Shown here: in pieces, positions 27,187 to 33,629 of the stretch | Layout of the letters: each line of letters begins with the position of its first letter | How positions within the stretch are numbered: the stretch's first letter is position 1 | From: Bacteroidota bacterium | GTDB taxonomy: Bacteria; Bacteroidota; Ignavibacteria; UBA10030; UBA6906 | DNA length: 33,629 bases | Reading direction: 5' to 3' | NCBI GenBank assembly: GCA_046597825.1 | Contig: JBKJJX010000109.1 | Span: 1-33,629, forward strand | Position numbers and translations under genes: made by a program | The notes under the pieces: model-generated | Seen by the model: only the letters and a program-made list of their open reading frames with translations | The model's database searches: none | Told to the model about the DNA's origin: nothing

Positions 27187-28236
27187 TTACCGAATAACTT
27201 CTACAGTTACACTGTCTTGCAAATTGTTTTGCCCATTTGTTACAATCGTCTCTCCTGCCTTCAATCCTTGCAGGACACTAATGCTGTTTCCGAATACTTC
27301 GCCGACAACCAGCGTGCGATGCCGGGCAACGTTGTTCTCCACAATAAACACCTGAGGATTTTTTACGCTACCGACTAACGCTTCGCGGGGGATAGAAAGC
27401 ACTTCGCCACCACTTACGGAAACAAAATTCACCCGTCCGAACATGCCCGCCTTCAGCGGATGAGTCTTGTTATTCGGAAGCGTAATCTCAACCGGATACG
27501 TGTGAGATTCGTCTCCCTTCGAACTGATGCTCGCAATTGTGCCGCCAAACTTCATACCCGGATACACGTCCGTTGTTACTTCAACAGGATCGCCCGCCTT
27601 CAACTTGAACGCATCGTTCTCTGCGACATTCAACCTCACTTTCAGTTTCGAAATGTCCACGACATTTGCCACCACCATTCCGGACTGCACCATCGTACCA
27701 ACATCAACAGGCCGGGCTGTCACGTAGCCGGCAATCGGAGTACTGATTTTGCTATCGCGGTATTCTTTGCGTGCTTTTATGTATTGGGCTTCGGCAACCT
27801 TGTATGCCTGCCACGCATTTTCTTTTTGCCAATCCGTTGCGGCATGTTCTTCCCGCAGCGACTTGAAGCGTTCGGCATCCTTCTTCGCCCGCTCGTAATT
27901 CACTTCTGCTTTTACGAACTCAGCCTTCTTCAATTCATCATCGACCTGCACGAGCGTTGAACCGGCGGACTTGAAGTCCCCGATGTTTGCATTGATTGCG
28001 ACCACACGTCCCTGGGTTTCGGAAACCACAGCCACATCCCTGTTCGCCGAAATTGTTCCGACGAGCGAGAGCGTTTCACTCAGTTTCTCTTTCGTCACTG
28101 TGGCAACGGAGACGGGATACGAAGTGATGAGGTTGGTTTTAGACTTCGCCTGCATCTGCATTTTGTTGTGCCAGAGAATTACTCCGATCACGATGAGGAC
28201 GATTGCGATTGATCCTATTATTTTTATCCGCTTCAT
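27187..28236 (-). CDS. RND periplasmic adaptor (membrane fusion protein)
   Basis: N-terminal anchor, lipoyl halves VVSETQGRV / ISTPIAGYV, coiled hairpin, LKAGMFGRV, GLKAGETIVTNG. Confidence 0.95.
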   Translation of the reverse strand: MKRIKIIGSIAIVLIVIGVILWHNKMQMQAKSKTNLITSYPVSVATVTKEKLSETLSLVGTISANRDVAVVSETQGRVVAINANIGDFKSAGSTLVQVDDELKKAEFVKAEVNYERAKKDAERFKSLREEHAATDWQKENAWQAYKVAEAQYIKARKEYRDSKISTPIAGYVTARPVDVGTMVQSGMVVANVVDISKLKVRLNVAENDAFKLKAGDPVEVTTDVYPGMKFGGTIASISSKGDESHTYPVEITLPNNKTHPLKAGMFGRVNFVSVSGGEVLSIPREALVGSVKNPQVFIVENNVARHRTLVVGEVFGNSISVLQGLKAGETIVTNGQNNLQDSVTVEVIR

Positions 28237-28266
28237 AACATTCCTTTAAATTAGACGAGAAATTTC

Positions 28267-29592
28267 TTATTCACCGATAGCTTTTTGCAATCTCGCCCCG
28301 GTAAGCTCGTAATCTACGAGAGCTTGCGTTGAGTTTGTCCGTGCCTGCAAGAGCGCAACTTCAGCGTCCAACAAATCGCTGTTTTGCGCAAGACCTTCTT
28401 TGAAGCGTTGGTTCGTCACCCTGTAGCTTTCTTCCGCTTGCTTCACGCCCTGACGGGCAACATCAATTCGTTCTTTTGCCTGGTTCAAATTGAGATACAC
28501 TTGTGTGAGTTCGAGCGTGATTGCATCTTTGGCCTGTGAAAGTCCATCCTTCGCTTCCTCATACTGCGCACTTGCCTGATCGGATTGATGAAGCGTCTTT
28601 CCCCAATTCCACACATCGAGGGAGACGCCTAGAGAAACATCCCACGTGTCTTTAAAAATATCCTGCATGGGTTGAATCCGTTGGTTCGGGCGATTGTAAT
28701 TGTAGTTCGCAGCTAAATATACTTGGGGCCACCAGCCGCTCTTCGCAGCAGTGATGCCGGCCTCCGCCGCTTTCACACGATACTCGGATGCCCTTAATTC
28801 CGGCCGACGTTCATTTGCTTTGGCAATCAGTGAAATCAAGTCAGAAGTGTTTATGTCGACAGATTGCTTGACATCGGTATCGATTGCGATTTTGGTTTGC
28901 AGCGGAATGCCAAGCGTGTAGTTTAATCCGATTGTTGCGAGTTGCACATTGTTGTTTGATTCGATTTGGCGAAGCTGCGCATCAGAAAATTGAACCTGAA
29001 CCTTCAAGAGGTCATTCGTTGTTGCCATTCCCTGATCCAGCATGCTTTGCACATCCTTCAAATGTGCTTTCATCTGCTCGACGTTCTCATCGTTGACTTT
29101 TTTGATTTCCATCGCCTTGAACAACATCCAATACGAAGCACGAACATTATAGACTAAATCCGATTTCACTCTCGCATGGTCCTGCTCTGTCGCCAGAGAG
29201 TTGTACTCTGCCGCATCGGACGCAGCGGATAACCGGAATCCGGTAAAGAGTGGCTGCTCCACTGTTGCCTTCAGTGCGTAGTTATTAACCAGCGATGGAG
29301 TGAGCGTGAACGAATTGCCACCCAATTGCGGAGGCAGCGTAACTGTAAATGGGGGCGTGTCGCTGAGCCGCGTGTAGCCCGCAGCAAACTTAACACTTGG
29401 AAGCCGGCTTGCATTTATTTCTGCCTCTTTCGCATCGGCATAGTTGACCCGCATCAGCGACGCATGAACAACTTTGCTGTTCTCCAATCCGATCTGAATC
29501 GCTTTATCCACTGTGAGCGAAAGCGCTTCCTGCGACAAGCTTTTTGTTGTAAACATTCCTGCAAGTAAAATAAAGAAGAACATCTTTCTCAT
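28267..29592 (-). CDS. TolC-family outer membrane efflux protein
   Basis: Signal peptide, two OEP repeats (ASRLPSV / SGWWPQV; QPLFTG; RFKEGL...DLLDAE), and operon context. Confidence 0.95.
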   Translation of the reverse strand: MRKMFFFILLAGMFTTKSLSQEALSLTVDKAIQIGLENSKVVHASLMRVNYADAKEAEINASRLPSVKFAAGYTRLSDTPPFTVTLPPQLGGNSFTLTPSLVNNYALKATVEQPLFTGFRLSAASDAAEYNSLATEQDHARVKSDLVYNVRASYWMLFKAMEIKKVNDENVEQMKAHLKDVQSMLDQGMATTNDLLKVQVQFSDAQLRQIESNNNVQLATIGLNYTLGIPLQTKIAIDTDVKQSVDINTSDLISLIAKANERRPELRASEYRVKAAEAGITAAKSGWWPQVYLAANYNYNRPNQRIQPMQDIFKDTWDVSLGVSLDVWNWGKTLHQSDQASAQYEEAKDGLSQAKDAITLELTQVYLNLNQAKERIDVARQGVKQAEESYRVTNQRFKEGLAQNSDLLDAEVALLQARTNSTQALVDYELTGARLQKAIGE

Positions 29593-29597
29593 CGAAC

Positions 29598-30278
29598 TTA
29601 CTCCTGTAACGACATTATTTGTTTGAATTGGGCTTTTCCTGCTTCCGTCATCATACCTTCAAGCACAAGTTGATACGCTTTCCTCATCGTAGCTTCGAGA
29701 TCGACTTTCAATTGTTCTTTCCAGTAGTTATCATCGCGGTCCATTTGGCGCATCATCGAATTGCCAATTGACCACAAAATGATTGCAGCCTGAGAAGGAT
29801 CAAGATCCGCATCCAGCAATCCTTCACTAATTCCCTGCTGAACCACCCCGACAACAATTCCCCAAATTTTTTGGTTATTCACCTGGCAGGAAGAAAGCAT
29901 CTCGGCAGAAACCTGTTTGTGGAATTGCGGGTTCTCGAAAAATTGATACATCCGGAAAAAATCTCTGTGCTGTTTGAAGAACCCATAATACGCGTCCCCT
30001 AAATCCGTAATTCGTTGAATGGTCGGCTTGTTCGAGGACGTCGCGTCCACGAACATCTGATACATAATTTCTGTCCCTCGCATAGCAACAGTGAGGTAGA
30101 GATCCTCCTTGCTTTTATAGTAGAGATACAACGTTCCCTTGCTTAGCTCCGCCGCTTCTGCAATTTCATCCATGGTTGCTGAAGGCAATCCTTTTTCGAA
30201 AAAAATCTTTTGGGCTGCAGTAATAATATCTTCCCTCCGGTGCTCTTTCTCCCGTTCTTTTCTCTCAATAATGCCCAT
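29598..30278 (-). CDS. TetR/AcrR family transcriptional regulator
   Basis: [13 protein letters not shown]...[26 protein letters not shown]; first gene of the efflux operon. Confidence 0.95.
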   Translation of the reverse strand: MGIIERKEREKEHRREDIITAAQKIFFEKGLPSATMDEIAEAAELSKGTLYLYYKSKEDLYLTVAMRGTEIMYQMFVDATSSNKPTIQRITDLGDAYYGFFKQHRDFFRMYQFFENPQFHKQVSAEMLSSCQVNNQKIWGIVVGVVQQGISEGLLDADLDPSQAAIILWSIGNSMMRQMDRDDNYWKEQLKVDLEATMRKAYQLVLEGMMTEAGKAQFKQIMSLQE

Positions 30279-30302
30279 TATATTAAACTCCTTTGTATTT
30301 AC

Positions 30303-30315
30303 TGACTGGTAGTCA
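30303..30315. promoter_or_regulatory. Putative TetR operator 1
   Basis: Palindrome TGACT-GGT-AGTCA between the promoter -10 and the tetR RBS. Confidence 0.65.
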
Positions 30316-30328
30316 TTTTATTGTCCAC

Positions 30329-30357
30329 ATTCTAAGCACTAATAAGCAAACTGTCAA
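30329..30357 (-). promoter_or_regulatory. Sigma70-type promoter of tetR-tolC-MFP-RND
   Basis: Minus strand TTGACA-N17-TAGAAT. Confidence 0.78.
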
Positions 30358-30393
30358 TACTATCAAACATTAAATTTTCTTGAGACTATCAAA

Positions 30394-30406
30394 TAACTAA
30401 CAGTCA
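30394..30406. promoter_or_regulatory. Putative TetR operator 2
   Basis: TAACT-AAC-AGTCA, one mismatch from the TGACT-N3-AGTCA palindrome, upstream of the -35. Confidence 0.5.
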
Positions 30407-30492
30407 TTAAAACGGCAGCGGGCGAAATTTGTTACAGAGTTATAAAGATTTTTTTGATCGATGAGGGTGAAGCGGAGGGCACGGCAGAAAAA

Positions 30493-30894
30493 CTAGAGGG
30501 ATTGTTCCTTTTGTAGTTCTTTAATCCAGAACCAATAAGCCAGGATCATGACTCCTGCGACAAGATCGAACGCTGCAGCACCGATAGCAAGAGGGGAGAA
30601 AATCTTATCCTGAATAGCAAGACCAACAACTGCGGCAGTAAGCGTTTTTTGAATTCCCGTCCACAGTATTGCCGCGGGCTGGTAACCGGGACTCACCAGT
30701 GCGTTGACAAGCAGAGCGCCGAACGCAGCAGTAAAAACTCCGGTGATACTGAGAAAGTGGTTACTTGCGGCGCTCACATCCGGCGACAGTAGCTGCAACA
30801 ATATCGCCGGAGCGAAACATTGAAGAAGACCACTCGCGATTGTAATCCATCCAATCACGACGAGTGTCCACCAGAAGCGATCGTGCTCTAACAT
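30493..30894 (-). CDS. Hypothetical 4-TM membrane protein
   Basis: 133 aa with four hydrophobic segments; co-oriented, 22 nt downstream of the preceding gene. Confidence 0.72.
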   Translation of the reverse strand: MLEHDRFWWTLVVIGWITIASGLLQCFAPAILLQLLSPDVSAASNHFLSITGVFTAAFGALLVNALVSPGYQPAAILWTGIQKTLTAAVVGLAIQDKIFSPLAIGAAAFDLVAGVMILAYWFWIKELQKEQSL

Positions 30895-30916
30895 GCCTGA
30901 TCAGCCGATACTGTTT

Positions 30917-31663
30917 TCATTTGTCCCATCCTTCCCGATCCACCCATTGCTTCCATTGCTCACCTCTCGGAACACGCTTTCTTTGTTTTGGATAGAGGGA
31001 AAAACCTTCGCGGCCTTCGATATAAGAAAGTATCTCAACAAGATAATTTTGAATTTCGGCAAGGCGCTCCCGGTCGTTAAGGTCCGCGATCGTTGTGGCG
31101 TCACAGAGCGCCTTGTGTGCGCGGCTGCAAGAGGCCATTCCAAACGCGGGCGAGTTGAGTTGCTGCTTGAATTCATACAACGGCATCGTCTCAAACTCCG
31201 GCCCGAATTCTCCAGACATTCGCTTCATCACCATGTTCGCCATTGCTTTTTGTTCCGGACGAAAGAAACAAAACTCCCCGACATGTCTGTTCAGATCCTT
31301 TGCAAACGTAGCGCGCACCGCTTCAGTGAGTTTGATGAACTTTTGATTCTGCGTATACGGTCCGTAGCGCCGTGCACAGCGTTCCCATCCAAAATACTGG
31401 GCAATCATGTGAAGAATCTCTGTGGCATACTCGTGGTCAGCCGATCGTTGTCTCAGAGGTTCCAGTCCGCTATGTTCGAGAATGTTGTATAGCCTGCTTT
31501 GTAACTCCTCGCATGCCGAGAGAAACGGCAGCACATATAACGCCGCAAGTTTCTTTCTGTCTCTCTCGTTATCAGCTTCCCGCTGCTTCTTCCATTTCAT
31601 TATTGCCCAGGCTGCCGTGATTACGCCGGTTGCCAAAGCGAGAAGAAATTTTTCCCATTCCAT
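30917..31663 (-). CDS. Hypothetical protein with N-terminal TM anchor
   Basis: 248 aa. Hydrophobic helix FLLALATGVITAAWAIM followed by a charged helix and a helical domain (PFLSACEELQSRLYNIL, IAQYFGWE). Fits operon spacing. Confidence 0.75.
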   Translation of the reverse strand: MEWEKFLLALATGVITAAWAIMKWKKQREADNERDRKKLAALYVLPFLSACEELQSRLYNILEHSGLEPLRQRSADHEYATEILHMIAQYFGWERCARRYGPYTQNQKFIKLTEAVRATFAKDLNRHVGEFCFFRPEQKAMANMVMKRMSGEFGPEFETMPLYEFKQQLNSPAFGMASCSRAHKALCDATTIADLNDRERLAEIQNYLVEILSYIEGREGFSLYPKQRKRVPRGEQWKQWVDREGWDK

Positions 31664-31687
31664 GAATAGTCTTATTCGATTTGAGAA

Positions 31688-32092
31688 TTATTCAACTACT
31701 TCGACTGTATTTACAAAGTATTCCGTCTCGCCAAACATTTTTGTCGGGATGCCGATGTGTTGTTCGTACGACAATTTCACACGCCGGCCAAGCGAGCTGT
31801 TGATACGTGTAGCGACAGAGTCTTCACGAACAGTGAAAGCAAAAATCTCCGGCAATGTGCCGGGCATGGAAACCATGGCAAGTTCCCCCTCCCATGTTTT
31901 GGCGAGAAAGCCTTTCTTCGAAAGCTTTTGAACGTATCCGGCCCGTTCACCAGTGGAATAACTCCAGCTTAGGACAAACCAGGTATAAAGGATGAAGAAC
32001 AGCAGCGGGGTTAACAGAATCGTAAAAAGCCAGAACTTCCAGCGTGATCTTTTCTTCTTCACAGGTGCGGGTGGTGGATTTTGAGGTTCCAT
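31688..32092 (-). CDS. Conserved single-TM hypothetical protein (YS.GERAG.VQK.SKKG...KTWEGEL family; I recall this family often being mis-annotated as 6-phosphogluconate dehydrogenase)
   Basis: 134 aa from ATG 32092. The track's start at 32182 lies inside the IS end. Basic stretch, TM helix, then a beta-rich domain ending GETEYFV. Confidence 0.78.
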   Translation of the reverse strand: MEPQNPPPAPVKKKRSRWKFWLFTILLTPLLFFILYTWFVLSWSYSTGERAGYVQKLSKKGFLAKTWEGELAMVSMPGTLPEIFAFTVREDSVATRINSSLGRRVKLSYEQHIGIPTKMFGETEYFVNTVEVVE

Positions 32093-32170
32093 TGTTGAGA
32101 TGATTGATGTGGAAAGAATATTGGTTGGGCTAAATCTACTCAACGAAGAAACGGGAGTCAACAACTCGAA

Positions 32171-33627
32171 TTGCCTCATCAAAAATCGCGTTGAAAGTGC
32201 ATCGTTGCCTCACGTGAAAATCCATTCGAAATAGGGTCACAAAATCGGGTTCTTAGCTGCGCTGCACCAATCGTTCACAGCACAGGAGAACCCTCATGGG
32301 ATTAACCTTGAGTCAACGACGAGCCATCACCGAAGAACTTGCGCATCGCTACCAGCGTGCGCGCAAGAAGGAACGAGGACAAATGCTTGACCAGATTACC
32401 TCCGTTGCCAGCTACGACCGGTCCTACGCTGCCTTTCTGCTCCGCAACTGGGGCCGGAAGAAAATGTTCATGTTGGGTGGCAAACGCCTTGTGGTCATCT
32501 TCGGGCTACCGAAGAAGCGACATCCCCAACAACGTCCGCGTGTCTATGACGATCGTGTCGTGACAGCTCTCGAACGTCTGTGGAAGCTGTCCGATGGTCT
32601 CTGTGGCAAACGCTTAGCACCGTTTATCCGAGACACGGTGCCTATCTTGGAACACTTTGAGGAACTCACGCTCGACGCCGCAACACGGCAGAAACTTCTT
32701 GCCATTAGCCCTGCCACGATCGATCGCCTCTTAGCCAAGGTCAAGGTCTCTACTGCGCTCAAGGGTCGTTCAACGACCAAGCCAGGCACGCTGTTGAAGC
32801 ATCAGATTCCTATTCGCACCTTTGCCGATTGGAACGAGCAGACGCCCGGCTTTGTCGAAATCGATCTCGTGCAGCACGACGGTGGCCACACCGACGGCGA
32901 GTTCTGCCAAACGCTTGACGTTACCGACGTGTGCACGGGCTGGACGGAAACACGAGCCGTCAGGAATAAAGCCCAGCGCTGGGTCTTTGAGGCACTTCAG
33001 GACGTGATTGCACAGCTGCCGTTTGACCTCGCGGGATTGACTCCGATAACGGCGGAGAATTCATCAACGCACCACTGCAACGATTTTGTGAAGCTAACAA
33101 GATTACATTCACCCGCAGCCGTCCGTACCGCAAAAATGACAACTGCTTCGTCGAACAGAAAAACTATTCCGTCGTCCGCAAAGCGGTCAGCTATTACCGA
33201 TACGACGCTCCCCAAGAATTGGAACTCTTACGCCAACTCTACGTCTCGTTTCGGTTGTTCACCAACTTCTTCCAACCGGTGATGAAGCTGCAAGAGAAAA
33301 CTCGCGTCGGGAGCAAGGTCATCAAGAAATATGACGTCCCCAGAACACCCTATCACCGCGTCCTTGCCCACGCAGATGTCCCTGGAGGCAGGAAGCAGAA
33401 TCTTTGCACGATCCGTGACAAGCTCAATCCGGCAGATCTTAAACGCAAGATCACCAAGCTCCAAAATAAACTTTTCGCAATTGCTGAGAGGAAGTCTCAC
33501 CAGAGGCGATCTTCACAAAGAATAAAATCTGTGTATATTAACGCATGAATCATCAACACCTATTTCAATGCGATTTCTCATGAGGCAACGATACCTGGTT
33601 TCAACGCGATTTTCAAGTGAGGCAACA
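32171..33627 (+). mobile_element. Insertion sequence, ~1.46 kb, integrase-core DDE type (ISNCY/IS481-like)
   Basis: Each end has two copies of a TTGCCTCA...AAATCGC.TTGAAA-type unit in inverted orientation (left 32171-32196 and 32201-32235; right 33559-33592 and 33599-33627), flanking one transposase. Confidence 0.88.
32296..33548 (+). pseudogene. DDE transposase interrupted by a -1 frameshift near 33027-33038
   Basis: Frame 1 carries ...PGFVEIDLVQHDGG...TLDVTDVCTGWTE...LPFDL. The -1 frame continues GIDSDNGGEFIN...FTRSRPYRKNDNCFVEQKN...FFQPVMKL...TPYHRVL to the stop at 33548. The joined product is about 417 aa; SD AGGAG upstream. Confidence 0.85.
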
Positions 33628-33629
33628 CG

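Noticed and set aside
30893-31931. Plus-strand ORFs of 199 aa and 169 aa
   Set aside because: Antisense to the better-supported minus-strand genes, which show operon-like spacing and TM anchors.
33219-33548. 109-aa ORF as a separate gene
   Set aside because: It is the C-terminal part of the frameshifted transposase; the same frame is open back to about 33027 and carries the DSDNG and VEQKN motifs.

Overview
Bacterial window, most likely from an Ignavibacteria/Chlorobi-like member of the Bacteroidota superphylum. Basis: 'QNYPNPFNP' type IX secretion (T9SS) C-terminal domains occur together with clear AGGAG Shine-Dalgarno sites and TTGACA-N17-TAnnnT promoters. From left to right: two very large secreted modular proteins (a tandem beta-helix protein that runs off the left edge and is missing from the ORF track, and a beta-propeller/FN3/CBM9-like T9SS cargo); a GH63-like glucosidase; a soluble acyl-ACP desaturase; and a ~3.7 kb accessory island. 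The island holds a 2-TM CxxC-x11-CxxC 'mobilome' protein, a 65-aa CPCCGR-tailed partner, an attC-like hairpin and a BsuBI/PstI-type restriction-modification pair. Next come an NAD(P)-binding SDR/NmrA protein, a cluster of palindromic REP/MITE-like elements and a PhoB/PhoR-like two-component pair. A modular GH9 glycoside hydrolase follows, with a neighbour that shares one uncharacterised domain with it. The right end has a TetR-regulated TolC/MFP/RND efflux operon with visible promoter and operators, three small membrane-associated hypothetical genes, and a frameshifted DDE insertion sequence with doubled terminal repeats. The best candidate for an undescribed system is the two-gene cysteine-rich module (11886-12668) beside the R-M system, a plausible anti-phage cassette. 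All family assignments come from motif recognition by eye; no database search was run.
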